Of a stretch of 64,000 nucleotides of DNA, positions 22,746 to 40,064 are shown piece after piece. The number at the start of each line of letters is the position of its first letter. The stretch's first letter is position 1. The translations under genes were made by a program, and so were the position numbers. The notes under the pieces are model-generated. The model did no database searches and had not been told where the DNA came from. It saw nothing but the letters and a program-made list of their open reading frames with translations. Source of the DNA: the human T2T-CHM13v2.0 reference genome, Homo sapiens; NCBI RefSeq assembly GCF_009914755.1, contig NC_060943.1. One strand, written 5' to 3'.

Positions 22746-23859
22746 TATGGCAGGAGTTTAAACTCTGATCCTCCTTCCTCCTCCCTCAAACACAGTGTGT
22801 TCTCTTCTTTGCAGCCAGATGATGCCTGCAGACAAATGGGACTGTGGTAACATCACCTCCTCGCCGCCCTCTTGCCTCCCCACCGAATTTTTACCTCTAA
22901 GCATTTCATGACCTGGTACCAACTCTGTAGTTAACCTTCAAAGTATGTTTACATGGGTTGACAGAAATGGGAATACCTCCATACATCCTGTGTCATGGAC
23001 TTAGGATTCTGGGTTTAGGGTTTCTCCAGTGTTCTCAGATCAAAGGACTGAAAAAATGGCAAGTAAGAGTCCCAGGACATCACAAGCTAGAGAACATGTG
23101 AATGGGGAATAAGGCCAGTGAGGGAATGGAACACCCTCTAATTCCCTCTGTGGGTTCCTTTTTTTGAGCCAGAGTTTCGCTCTTGTTGCCCAGGCCGGAG
23201 TGCAATGGCTCACCGCAACCTCTGCCTCCCGAGTTCAAGCAATTCTCCTGCCTTAGCCTCTGAGTAGCTGGGATTACAGTCATGCGGCATCACCACGCCT
23301 GGCTAATTTTGTATTTTTGTTAGAGACGGGGTTTCTCCATGTTGGTCAGGCTGGTCTCGAACTCCCGACCTCAGGTGATCCGCCCGCCTCGGCCTCCCAA
23401 AGTGCTGGGATTACAGGTGGGAGCCACCTTGCCCGACCCCCTCAGTGGGTTCTTTACGTGCTTTTGTAGCCAGGAGTGTCTGAGGGGAAAGCAGACGTTA
23501 CAAAGGGGATCTGATAAGCTCAGGTCTCCTTGAACCTTTTCTTATCGCTGGAGCCAGGTGACCTCAGACTGGTTGACCTGCGTGTCTCAGTGCAAAATGT
23601 CATCTCTACCACCTATGTGATCTATCAACAAAGGAGTCAACCTCCCAGAACCCTAAGGTCCTCATCTCCTCTACTATGTTCTTCCTTTGGCCTTTGGGAA
23701 ACCTTAAAAGCCTGGACTTGGATCGCATCCCTCCTTTCTTCGAAACTCTCCATGGCTTCTAGCGTCTTCACAGCGAATACACAGCCCCCAGCCTGCTCTT
23801 CCAGGAGAAGCTTCGCCTCACACGTTGTTCCCTACAGGCGCCTGTGGACCCCAGGTTCC

Positions 23860-24530
23860 ATCCTCCCGGGTCTGTCCTCCAGGCCATAGCCCGCGCCGGT
23901 CCCTGTGCCTGTCGCTCTCCCCACCGCATCCCACAGGTGTCAGAAACAAGGACCTCTCCCGCGAACGCCTCAGTGTCCCGACGCCGGGTCCGGGCTGCAG
24001 ACCTGTGAACAGTCGCCGCTCTCTCGCTGCTTCAGGATTCGGGTTAGGATGAGGTGACCTGAGGGCAGGGAAGGCACAATTACCTGAGCCGGGAGCCTCA
24101 GCGCGGCCGCCGCCATCCCGAGTACGCGGGGAAAGCACTGCCGGGAGCGGCGGGCGCCGTTACGGGGCCTAAGATCTGCCTCTGTGCAGCAAGAAGGACT
24201 CTTCACCTTCTGGGTTCAGACACCGCGGTTCGGACCCATAGCTCCAGCGCCTCTCACCTCACAAACCGCAGAAACACACCCAACATTAACCAAAATGGTC
24301 GCTACCAGAGAACGCTGAGAATCCCGCCACTACGTTACGTGCGCACACAGAAACGCCTTTATTCTGAGCCCTTACTGGTTCTGTTGCGCTGTCATTCAAT
24401 GTAGAGCTTTCTGGGTAATGTAGTTCCCCAGGTTCCAAGGTAGTAAAGCTGCCGCTTCCCAAAGGCGCTTCTGCAGGGAAGTCCCAGCCCTACCTCAGGG
24501 GGTTCATTAAAGCGCGTACCCTTTTAGGGC
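23860..24530 (-). promoter_or_regulatory. ZNF418 CpG-island promoter with ZNF143/SBS motif (24406-24428)
   Basis: CpG-rich. The motif GCTTTCTGGGTAATGTAGTTCCC is identical to the ZNF417 copy. Confidence 0.8.
24084..24116 (-). CDS. ZNF418: ZNF418 exon 1 ATG segment MAAAALRLPAQ: ancestral start, in frame if the 86-nt exon is skipped, a uORF if it is included
   Basis: Paralogous to ZNF417 and ZNF256 exon 1; donor CAG|GTAATT. Confidence 0.75.
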
Positions 24531-24797
24531 AGAGGATGGTCTCGCCCCTCCTTAGAGGCCATATTGAGATTCCTGGGGAATCCCTGTTTGTAACTGACCA
24601 CCTAAGTGTTTGCAAAAATATTAATTCACATTTCTGTAAATTCAAGCTCCCAGGCGCTAAAAATACTGTGAAGGCCCCCAAAGGCTACAAATCCAAATTC
24701 GTGTATCACTTTATACAATCGTTTAGACACAGAATGCTTGCACTGGAAGCAGAGGCTGATAAACATTACTCTGTTATAATTCACATGAATGCACTCT

Positions 24798-25280
24798 TGT
24801 TACCGGATAGAATGTCTTGGCTGTGAGTTGTCCAGTTGTTGGCGCATTGAACAAAGAAGTGAACAAAACACACAAAAAAAGCAACGAAAGAACGGACCAA
24901 TGAAAGCGCAGATTTATTGAGGGGAAAGTACACTCCACAGAAGTGGAATGTAGGTGTGGGAGCAGGCGACCAAGCGGCTCAAGAACCCCGATTACAATGT
25001 TTTTTAGGGTTTTATTAGGTTGGTGCAAAAGTAATTGCGGTTTTTGCCATGAATAAGCTAGAATTTTATAATACCCCAAGAGTTCTTTAAAGGCCTCCAA
25101 TCCTATGAAGGACTGGTGCACAACCAATCAGAGGCTGAAGTGGAGACTTCTGTCTTGTTACCACAGGAGTGAGGACGTGGCCTGTGTGCTGCCTCATCTT
25201 GCCTAGAACTAGCTGCACCTGCTGTTCTTTTGCTTATGCCTTCATTCTTGGTTACCCTAATTCCCTATTCTCCTGCCTCA
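24798..25280 (-). mobile_element. Solo ERV1 LTR (MER51-like) upstream of ZNF418, same orientation as the gene
   Basis: Minus strand runs TGAGGCAGGAGAATAGGG...TAACA with TSD CTCT; contains a CCAATCAGAGGCTGAAGT box. Confidence 0.8.
25015..25050 (+). mobile_element. MADE1/Hsmar1 terminal inverted repeat (half element)
   Basis: TA + TTAGGTTGGTGCAAAAGTAATTGCGGTTTTTGCCAT. Confidence 0.9.
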
Positions 25281-25882
25281 CTCTGAGGCATTAGAGTTGG
25301 TTTTTCAGTCTGCCAGGGACAAAAGAGAACTAATCCAGATAGGACCATGCCAAGGAAGATAGAGGAGAGGCTAAAGAAAGAGTACAAAGGTCAATCAGTC
25401 GTTCCCATGGAAAAACAACTCTCCTGCTTATATAGTCAATTATTGTGTCCAATTCATTCAGCAAAACATTTATTCATGTAATATCCCTTACTTGGTATTC
25501 TAACTTATATTTTCAACTCATTTTAGGAACTTGAAGTCAGTCTCAGGTAAAGAACAATGAAAGAGAAATCTCAGCTTGGTATTGGTAATGGTGGTGATAA
25601 TCTCCACCTGGAGACACTAGGCGTATGTTAAATTATCGAGCTTGTTATCTTTCCTGGGAAGTGATTATCATTTGTTTCTCTTGTGACAGCGGGGAGTGTT
25701 CTGCATGAGGAACTAATATGATACCAGAAAAACAGGTGAAATGCCAGTTACAGAAACTTATTACCAACGACTATCTAATAACTGCGATGACAGAAATAGG
25801 TCAATTGAAACATGAGTGGATGGTGAAAAAAATTTACACTTCACAGAAGTTTTTCTTTCTTTTTTTTTTTTTTTTTTTTTGA

Positions 25883-26535
<653 letters not shown>

Positions 26536-27382
26536 TAAAAATGTCCCCCTTGTTGGTTTTGTCATTGAGATTTTTTTTTCTTTATTAAAAACATTGAACA
26601 ATACCAAGGTGGAGAAAAATTGTGCCTGTTCACCTACCTACTTGGGAGGCTTAGAGGGAGGATCACTTCTGCAAAGGAGTTTGAGGCCAGCCTGGGCAGC
26701 AGAGCAAGACTCTGTCTCCAAATAAATAATTTAATGAATAAGTAAAAACAGAAGGTGAAATCTGCAGTATAGTATTATCCTCATAGAATTGTGTCTCCCT
26801 TTCTTCATTATTCTGTGTGTCAATTATGTTACAAGTTTTTCATCTTATAGGAAAAAAGTCATAGATTCTATACACATCTGTACTTTTTCTCACTTAGCAA
26901 TATGGTTTGAACAATGAAAAGCTTCTTTTTCACTTCACATTTGAAATCTGCTTATCTCCACATTCTATTTTTTTCTCCCCTTTTTGAGACAGCGTCTCAC
27001 TCTGTTGCCAAGGCTGAAGCGCAGTGGCATGATCAAGGCTCAACTGCAGTCTCAACCTCTCAGGCTCAAGTGATCCTCCCATCTCAGCATTCAGGAGTAA
27101 TTGGGACTATAGGCATGCACCACCACAACCAGCTAATTTTTGAGAGATGTGGTTTTGCCATGTTGCCCAGGCTGGTATCAAACTCCTGAGTTCAAGCAAT
27201 CCTCCTGCCTCGGCCTCCCTAAGTGCTGGCATTATAGGATTCGGCCACTACACCTGGCCTATTCATCTTTTTCTGATGTAGAACCCACTCAGTGACAGTG
27301 TAATCAAGAATCAAGAAAGAGGCCAGATGCAGTGGCCATGCCTGCAATCCCAGCACTTTGGGAGCCTAAGGTGGGCAGATCA

Positions 27383-29640
<2,258 letters not shown>

Positions 29641-29773
29641 TTAAAAAAAGAAACCATTTGGTTTTCTGTGTGGATATGAGACAAAGTAGTATGTACACAT
29701 ATAAACTTATTTGTATAAAACAAAATTCAGAGAACATATACTAAATATAAAACATGGTTATTGAAAATACGTA

Positions 29774-29783
29774 TTTATTTATT
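29774..29783 (-). terminator. ZNF256 poly(A) signal (overlapping AATAAA copies) about 70 nt after the stop
   Basis: TTTATTTATT on the plus strand. Confidence 0.7.
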
Positions 29784-29848
29784 TATGTCTGTGAATTTTG
29801 CAGGGACACTTCTCAGTCCGTAACAGCCCTATGTGTGTTACCTAACCT

Positions 29849-31572
29849 TTATCCCTTGTGAACGTTCTGATGTTTTAGGAGGTTGGAGTTGAAGGTAAAA
29901 AATTTTCCACAGTCACTACACTCATAAGGCCTTTCCCCACTGTGAATTCGCTGGTGATTAGTGAGGTTAGAGCTCTGGCTAAAGGATTTTCCACATTCAC
30001 TGCATTCATAAGGCCTTTCTCCGGTATGAACTCTTCGGTGTTTAACGAGGCTAGAGTGGTTACTAAAGGATTTCCAACACTCACTGCACTCATAAGGCCT
30101 TTCTCCGGTGTGACTTCTCCTATGTCTAATGAGGCTGGAGCTCTGGCTAAAAAACTTCCCACATTCATTGCACTCATAAGGCCTTTCTCCAGTGTGAACT
30201 CTCTGGTGTTGAAGGAGCGTAGAGCTATGAGTAAATGATTTCCCACACTCCCCACATTCATAAGGCCTTGCTCCAGTATGAACTTTCCAGTGTGAGATGA
30301 GGTAGGATTTACAGGTAAAGGATTTTCCACATTCACTGCACTCATATGGCCTTTCTCCTGTGTGAACTCTCTCATGTACAATGAGGTCAAATTTCCTGCT
30401 AAATAATTTTCCACATTCATGACATTCATGAGATCTTACTCCAGTATGAACTCTCTGGTGTTGGAAGAAACGAGATCTATAAGTAAACAATTTCCCACAT
30501 TCACTACACTCATAAGGCCCTTCTCCAATGTGAAGTCTCCGGTGTTTAATGAGGTGACAGCTCTGGCTAAAGGATTTCCCACATTCACTGCACATATAAG
30601 GCCTTGTACCAGTGTGAACTCTCTGGTGTGTAATAAGGCTAGAACTATGGATAAAAGATTTCCCACATTCACTGCACTCATAAGGCCTCATTCCAGTATG
30701 AATTCTCTGGTGTGTAATGAGGCTAGAGCTATGGCTAAAGGATTTCCCACATTCACTGCACTTGTAAGGCCTTTCTCCAGTATGAACTCTCTGATGTATA
30801 AGAAGGTCATACTTCCTGTTAAATAATTTTCCACATTCATCACATTGATGAGGTCTTACTCCAGTGTGAATTCTTCGGTGCGTAATAAGGCTAGAGCTTT
30901 GCCTATAGGATTTCCCACATTCTCCACATGTATAAGGCTTTTCTGAAGTGTGAACTCTCAAATGATCACTGAGGCTACAGCTTGTGCTAAAAGATTTCCC
31001 ACATTCACTGCACATGTAAGATCTTTCCCTAATGAGGTCTCCCTGGTGCTGAACACGTACATGTTTGTAGCTGAAAGCTTTCACACATTCTCCCCAGTTG
31101 TAATGATTTTTTACACTGTGAAAGGCCACTGCACTCTTGGTTCTGTTTGACTTCTTTCTGGTGTGAGCAGCCTGTTGCTGAAGAAATCTTGATCTCACCA
31201 GGAAATCCTTCCCAACCTCCTTGCAAGTGAAGGGCTTCCCAGATACTTCAAATGTGCAGCTGCTCAAAAACATGTCTCTGCCCCCATTGCTTCTGAAGTG
31301 TTTCTGTCCAACATGCTGCTTCTGGTGCTGATGAAGGTATGCAGTAAATTGTAATTGTTTCCTACATGCCCCGTCTGTATACAGTTTCTGACCATGGTGT
31401 GTTCCTTGGTGTTCAACCAAGTGCAAAATCTGTCTCAAGACTGGGCCACATATCTCACAGGGGTTGGTCTTCTGGGGAGAAGGAAGGGCCTTAGGAATCC
31501 TAACCTGTGACACCCGCTGTGGAGAAGTGCTCTGCTGATAAGGTGCCTCCTCATCCCCTGCTCCAGAACCAC
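29849..31572 (-). CDS. ZNF256: ZNF256 zinc-finger exon: spacer with one isolated C2H2-spaced motif plus 14 tandem fingers
   Basis: Acceptor tttctttctttcag|GT at 31572, TAA at 29849. 33+127+1724 nt gives 627 aa, matching recalled ZNF256. Confidence 0.95.
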
Positions 31573-32694
31573 CTGAAAGAAAGAAAATGCTGGTGAAGAG
31601 CATGCTGACTTTAGTGGAGTGGAGGTAGCCCACAGACAAATGTGCATCCAACAAACCCAGGAACTGAGTCCATGGGGTTGTTTTCAGGACCAAGGTGTTG
31701 GGTTCAAGTTGAAGATAGGGCTGCCTAGCAGAACTGGGCCTCTAAAGATCACAGAACTGGGAAGGGCTCATGAGTTAAAAAACACAGCCATGGGATGAGA
31801 AACATGGAGAAGAGGCAGGATATACAACTCATTCCTCTAGAACAATTTTCAGTGAGATCTGCTGTCCTGCTAACACATGCATTGTGTACAGGTATGTGTC
31901 CAGGCCCAAGAAAATGTGACAACAAAATAGCGGCTGACATACGTGGACACCTCATAACATATTATGTAGAGGCCAACACTGAAGAGCACTGCAGATAAGG
32001 CAGTGAGAAAAATGGGTGAAACATGGAGTCCAGAGATGTGGGGATTAACCCCAGGCTGGAAGTAAGAGACGTAGTAACCAGGTGGACAGCTGACAAGCAA
32101 GCTAAGTATCAAGAATGGGAAAGAAAAGGCAGTAATGAGGTTTGGCCCCAAATGTCATTAGCACCAAAATATTAGTCAAACAGGATATGTTTCTGGTATG
32201 ATGTGAACATAACCCTTATAGAATGTCCTCCTTTAGGTGTTAGTCCCTAGGGCCAGGCTCCCTCTGAGTCCATCTTGCTGTGGGGAATCACAGCCATCCT
32301 CAGAACCACAGGGCCTGTCCATCTGACCCCTACAATCAAGAACACGGAACTTGGAATATGCAAGCACCCAAGACCAGCCCAGAATGACTCTGCACATGAT
32401 AGCCTACAGGAAAAAAAATAATAATACAAGGAGAAATTCAGAGGAGGATTTTGCAAGAGCCACTCGTAGTCCACATAAGTGGTGACAATGTCAGTGATGA
32501 TAATTGCTGGCAGAGGCAGGCATGAGGAAGTGTCCCCTAGAGGAAGGAAGTAGAACCTGGGCCTTGAGGAGCCTCGAATCTGGACAATGTCACCTGGCCA
32601 GGAGAGGCAAACGAGGTGAGATCCATGAGGCCGACTATAAGAAGCCTAACTCTGAATCTTTCCACATGAAAGGGAAGCAGGTGTTGCTTGCTCA

Positions 32695-33069
<375 letters not shown>

Positions 33070-36000
33070 TCATCCTCTTTCCAAGCTCTCCAAGCTCCCC
33101 AGCTCAGAGGAGAAAGCAGTCAGCTGGTGCTGTTGTCTCCTAATGGGGCTCTTGGTCACTGGTTGCAGCCATCAGTAACAAGAGGCAGGTGAACAAATAC
33201 ATGTATCTAAGCTGTGGGCGTGGCATAAGGGCAACCACTCCTTCCTGACAAGCATTCCTCTCATATGACCAAGGTCATGTAAGTCTCAATCAGGACACTG
33301 GGGCCATCAGGCACACTCCCTCTCCAAGTGCATATCATTCATTACACTGCACATACCTCAGGTCTCCAGATCCCACTGCCACATGACCATGACCACCACT
33401 ACGTCCTATACCACAGGCAAATCCTGGCTTCCCCACATGCTACCTGAGTGAAAGAGTAGATAACCTGGGCCGGGTGCAGTGGCTCATGCCTGTAATCCCA
33501 GCACTTTGGGAGGCCGAGGTGGGCGGATCACGAGGTCAAGAGATGGAGACCATCCTGGCTAACAGGGTGAAACCCCATCTCTACTAAAAATACAAAAGAT
33601 CAGCCAGGCGTGGTGGCACACGGCTGTAGTACCAGCTACTCAGGAGGCTGAGGCAGGAGAATCACTAGAACCCAGGAGGTGGAGAGGTGGAGGTTGCAAT
33701 GAGCCGAGATCACGCCACTGCACTCCAGCGTGGTGACACAGCGAGACTGCGTCTCAAAGAACAAAAAAAAAGAGTGGATAACCAACAGCCAAATATAAGA
33801 CACGTGACATTGGACAAATGAGATCAACAGTTTATTAATTTTTTTTTTTTTTTTGAGACGAAATCTTGCTCTGTCGCCCAGGCTGGAGTGCAGTGGGGCA
33901 AGCTCCACCTCCTGGGTTCATGCCATTCTCCTACCTTAGCCTCCCAAGTAGCTGGGACTACAGGCACCCGCCATCACGCCTGGCTAATTTTTTATATTTT
34001 TAGTAGAGAAGGGGTTTCACCGTGTTAGCCAGGATGGTCTTGATCTCCTGACCTTGTGAGCTGCCCGCCTCGGCCTCCCAAAGTGCTGGGATTACAGGCG
34101 TGAGCCACCACGCCTGGCTGAACAGCTTATTAATTAAAGACAAATACTCATAGCCTGTGAAAGAATACCACACTCCACACAGGGCCATACGGAGGTAGTA
34201 CTCCAGAAAAGAGTAACAACCAGGTGCTGTAGAATGTAAGTTTTGTAGCATCAAGATGGAGAAGCTCCACTGGTCCCCAGAGGAGGGGACTGGCTTGTTT
34301 GAATAACTCAAAAAATTGATAGGGAACTGAAACCCACTACAAAGTAATAAGCAGGAACTGTTCTGGTTCCCTGGATAAGAATGGATAAGAAGGGTTCATT
34401 TGGCTAAGAGAGCTTATTCATGGGAGCAAAGTGGGAAGGGGAATTTGTTCTCAGGCCATCTAAGGCTGTATCGTTTTCATCAGATGTCAAGGCGACATAT
34501 CATACTGGGCCTTAATTTCCGGCCTTATACCGCAACTTGGCAGGCAGCATCCAGAGTGTGGATATAAACAGGATCCAAAATCCCAGACTTCCCACAGCTT
34601 ACACTAGTGGAAGCAGCCTCAAAAATTTCTTTGAAGGCCTCCCTGCCAGGCTGTATTCCTTGCCTCAGACATAGCCACACAGAACCACAGGTGAATCACA
34701 GATAACCATGGCCCTATTCCACTTCTGTGCTGCACTTACCATCCCCTTGAGAGTCATATATCCACCTAAAGCTCATTTAAATCCCAGCCTCACTGGTCGT
34801 TCATCTCACACACAATGACTCTCACAAATGACCACATGACACTAACTTAATCTTCCAGCCTGAATGAAACACCCAGGCCCCATCAAGTTATCACAAAATC
34901 CTGGATACCCATAAAGTGGTGAATAAGCACGAGTTTTGGCCTGAGTGTCCTATGCGTTTGCATCCATCTCATGTCCATTCTTCTCTTGGGAGCCGTGGCC
35001 ACTGCCAAACTACACTGTCTTTTACATACCTTGCCTTCATGACCACTTACTCTATCATCATCCTCCCAGTCTTGGCCCACTAACAGCTTTACAACCAAAA
35101 CCTGGAGCTTGCCCCGCCTAACTGTGACCCACAGCTCACTAACCTTGGTGCGCACAACAGCCACATCTTGAATATCTGCACCCTGAACCACTCCCTAGAT
35201 TTCAAGACCGGCACGTTCATCTGCCCACTTAACGCCTCCATTTAGTAGGCTCTGAAAGATCTGACTCTTAGCATGGCATAAACAAACCTGATATCCCTAG
35301 TGAATATTACTCCTATTGCCAATTTGTTCATCTTAGTTGATGAAACTTCTTTCCCTACAGCTGCTAATACCAAAAACCCTGGAGTCTTCTCTGAACCCTC
35401 TGTTTCACTCCCTCACCACCTACATTATGTAATTTAGTTGTCCCTTTTGAAACCACACATCCGGAATCTAACCACATCTCCTAAATCACGATCCTGGGCC
35501 AGTAACCCTCACTTGGACTAGTCTACCCTGATTTTCCTTCCTCCTCCCTCAACCCCCCAGTTTGTGCCCCACTGTGCACACAGATGAAGCCTGTGAAGAC
35601 CTTGGTAAATTACCTCTTTTTTCTGATTCAAACTTGCTATTACCTCCTGAAAACACACTCAACTTCTCAGGCAGCCACTGCAGTCCTGACGCCTATCCTC
35701 CTGTTCTTTGCTTCCCACCAGAAAGCAAGGAGACTTGTGGCTTCATAAATGCACCCAGCTCCGTACTGCACCTAAGCATTTGCACATCTTGTACCTTTCT
35801 GGAAAAACTTTCCACACCCGTTCACATGGCTGCCAGAAATTGGAACAACTCTATATACCGGCTAACATGGACATAGGACCCTGGGCTTGGGGTTCACCCA
35901 AGGTCTTCAGAACTAAGGGCTGGGGGAATGGCACTCCACAACCCAGAGAACCTGTGGGTGGGAGTTAGGGCTAGTGAGAGACTGGGAAACCCTCCCCTTC

Positions 36001-36199
36001 CTGGCGTAGATTTCATAACCCTTTACAGCCAAGGGAAACGTAGAAAGAGCCAGGCCTCAGAGAAGAGCATCTATGGCGGTATTAGATGGGCTCAAGCCAC
36101 CCCGTAGCCCCATGCCTGGCCTTGGAGCCGGGTGCCCTCGCAATGGCTGTGTCACCTCTGTGCCCCAGGGCTCAGTGGCGCCTCTCATCAGGGGCTCCT

Positions 36200-36860
36200 T
36201 GCCAGTCGCGCCCTCCCTTCCCTAGCACACCAGGTGTTGGAAACGGGAGCCCCTCCGGCGAGCCCCCGTGTCCTGTCCTGGGCAGCAGGGCCGCGAGCAA
36301 GCGCCCTCGGGGGTGCTAGGACTAGCGTGGGGAGGGCGGGGAAGGCCCAGAGGACGCGGCACATACCTGGGCCGGGGCCGTCAGCTCGGCCGCCGCCATC
36401 TGACTCTGTGAGCGGAGCGGGGCCAGAGAGGATGTCCTTATTCCGGGCCGGGCCTGGGTACCCTGGGCGCCGCCGAGCCTCAGCCACGCCTCTGTGCAGC
36501 GGGGAAGACTCCTCTCGCGCCTTCTCAGTCAGTCACGGATGATGCTGACCCAGCGCTCCGGGGCTTTCTACCAAGTAATCAGTCCAGACAAATGCCAAAA
36601 CGACCGCCACAAGGAGGACAACGGAAGTCCCGCCGCGACCGCGCGTGCGCTTACGGAAACACCACCTTTCGGAGGCCTCATTGGCTGAAGGTCGCCGTCG
36701 CCCAACGCAGGCCATTCTGGGTAATGTTCCCACAGGCGCACGGCGGGAGAGTGAGGGTCGCCTCCACCTCCTTCCGGAAGTAAAGGCCAAACCCCTGTAG
36801 GGGGCGCTGGGAAATGGACACTCCAGGTTGGGGCGGAGGCGAGGCTTCGTTCTTTCTTAA
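36200..36860 (-). promoter_or_regulatory. ZNF256 CpG-island promoter: ETS (CGGAAGT, CTTCCGGAAG), NRF1-like GCGCGTGCGC, SBS core 36711-36731
   Basis: CpG-rich with directly visible motifs. Confidence 0.8.
36367..36399 (-). CDS. ZNF256: ZNF256 exon 1 coding part, MAAAELTAPAQ
   Basis: ATG at 36399, donor CAG|GTATGT. Confidence 0.93.
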
Positions 36861-37131
36861 AGGAGACGTACCCAGGTTTCTACCGATTGCTGTCTGCCAG
36901 TGTTTGTTTGGAGACGTGTCATTTCATGTGTTCCCAGAGGCACATATCCAGATGCACATATTATTACATACAGTCAGTCAGTCACAAAATATATCCACTG
37001 GTTGAGAAAGCAAATAAATATGACTATGTTGCGGCCGGGCGCGGTGGCTCACGCCTGTAATTCCAGCACTTTGGGAGGTCGAGGCGGGCGGATCACGAGG
37101 TCAGGAGATCGAGACCATCCTGGCTAACTCA

Positions 37132-37395
<264 letters not shown>

Positions 37396-37835
37396 CTATG
37401 TTGCAATTCAAACGCATGCACTCAAGCACTGGAGTCAGTTTTCTCAGTCTCTGTATGTTTGATTAGGGACAAGAAAAAAAACACTCCACACAGGTTCATG
37501 ACAAAGAGGATGAAGGTGGGATGCGGAGGCACCCTGCAGCAGCAGGACATAAGTAGATCCCTGTCTCTGGGTCCCTCTCGTGCCTGTGTAGTCAAACATT
37601 GTGTCCAATTCACTAAGCAACACTTGCATGAATCTAATCTCACTTTCTCCATGCCTTTATATTCACTTCTTTTTAATAATTTGACATCAAGCTCAGAAAG
37701 AGAACAACAAAAGGAATGGTATTTTGAAAAGGCATGATGGCTAGCTAGAGCATTAACAGGTGGAACAAAGGGTGCTCTGAATCCCAAATGTAGGGTGTAT
37801 CTTAAATTCAAGATCTCTTCTCAACGCTGAAATGA

Positions 37836-38192
<357 letters not shown>

Positions 38193-38245
38193 TGATACGA
38201 TATCAGAAAAAGAATTGTAAAATACAAATTACAGAAAGCTACTAA

Positions 38246-40064
38246 TAATGGGTGTCGCTTCGCCAGCCAGAAACCTCTGTGGTCGCGCCTCTGCTTGAGT
38301 TTTGCTCACACCCGCTGGGCTTGTTCCACCCACTCGGCCCAGCAGGCTGCACCTGGATCCCACACCTACCAAGGGCGAGCCAGGCGCGGAGCCGCAAGGG
38401 GTGTGTGAGCGAGCAAGTGAAGGGTCCAGCCAGTGCACACAGCCAGGCACGCTGGCTGCTGCGGCGGGGCGGGCAGCTCCAGGCGCTGGCACAGGCGCCG
38501 GCTCCTTGCAAGTCTGCGACTGGACCAGACATACTGCAGGCGGCTTCTGCTGCAGGCACCAGCATCTAGACGAGGGAAAAATGGTGGCGCCGGAAAGCTC
38601 GGAGACACCAAGAACAGCAGAACCCCAAAGAGGGTGTTGCAGCATGTCACAGCCCTGGCTCCGGAGTCTCGAGGCCTGGGCTCCCGGAAGAGCCACAGCT
38701 CTTCTCTCCTTCCCGTTGCTTGCAGCCTGGCAAGCGGGGAGGTGTGTTTTGGGTGGGGTGTGTTTTCAGCTTGTTTGTGATATAGCTCTTTCAGTCCCGC
38801 TGCCCTGCTCTGGCTCGCTGCTGCTTCCCATCGTGGGGGGCGGCCACCCAGTGCTGGCTGAGGGCAGGAGGGCTATAGTGTTACAGCTCTGGCTCGGGGA
38901 ATCCCAAAGTCTGGGCCTCCAGAAGAGTCGCCATTTTTCACTCATGCAGCCCAGAAGCATGGCTACTCAGCCAGGAATGTGTTACAGCCCCTTTCTCTCC
39001 TGCTGTTCGTTAGGTCCCAAGTTCTTGTCCCCCAAGTTCTTATCCCACGTCCAGGAAGAATGAGGTTATGCAGACAACTGGAGGGTGAGCAAGGCAGAGA
39101 AGGGTTTTATTGGACAACCCAACAGCCCTCAGGAAACCTGAAGGGAGTAGCTCACACCTGCATACAGATAGTCTCCGATGTCTGAGTCTGGCTGAGTCTA
39201 CAGGTTTTTTATGGGCTCAGAATGGAGAAAGTGTGTGCTCATTGGTCCATGGGTGGTAGGAAGTGCATGCTGATTGGCCCATGGGCAGTCATGGGCGGGC
39301 CTGGGAAAAACACCATACCATTGGCCGAAAGGCGTCAAGGAATTTCTCTCTCTGGGTCACAGACTCCACCTGGAACTGGCAGCGTGGCCTCCAGGCTTCA
39401 GGCCATTCGTGGCTTGAAGGTGGGGTTTCACAGAAAACCCACCCCTTCCCACGTAGGAACCTGTCTGCCTTTCATGGCCATCAACATGCTGTCCATGACG
39501 CCCAGGCTGTCCATGCTGAAGGTTGCCCGCAGGCCTGCCCCGAGCCACTCTCAGCCGCCCCCCTCCCACCACCCGGCCTCCTTCCCATGCTTCTTGGTGC
39601 CCAAAGTTTCAGCCTCAAAAGCAGTTTCTGGAGGAAATCGAGATGGTGGGGGGCTGGCATGTCGTCACTGCCCCGAGGGCACACACATTTGGCTGGGTTG
39701 TGATAGCGCCCAGGTTTGGCTATCTTGACATGTCCACAACTTTGCTCTGCCGTGGAGCAGGTGCTGAGAGTGGGGAGAGGCCAGGGAGTGGGAGCAGGCA
39801 CTTCTGGGCCTGTGGGAAAAGGGTGCTTCCCAGGTCCCCAAGAGTGCAGGGATGCCCTGTCTGGAGCCACGACTAGGTGGCTGCAGCTGCGCCTGGGAGC
39901 ACAGGGCTCCCGTCCTGACAACTCGGTATGGCTCGAGGCTCCCACTGGGATCACCTGTTCCCAGTCCCCGTGGGCTCCACGGAGCATGCAGCCCTGGCCG
40001 TGCCTCCCCATTTGCAGCCGGCATCATCACAGCGGCCCCTCCAGATCAGCCACTGCTGCCATTA
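38246..40064 (-). mobile_element. Long GC-rich ERV1 LTR (MER52-like)
   Basis: Minus strand starts TAATGGCAGCAGTGGCTGATCTGGAGGGGCCGCTG, like the MER52 start, and ends ...GGTTTCTGGCTGGCGAAGCGACACCC. Source of the many spurious ORFs here. Confidence 0.8.
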
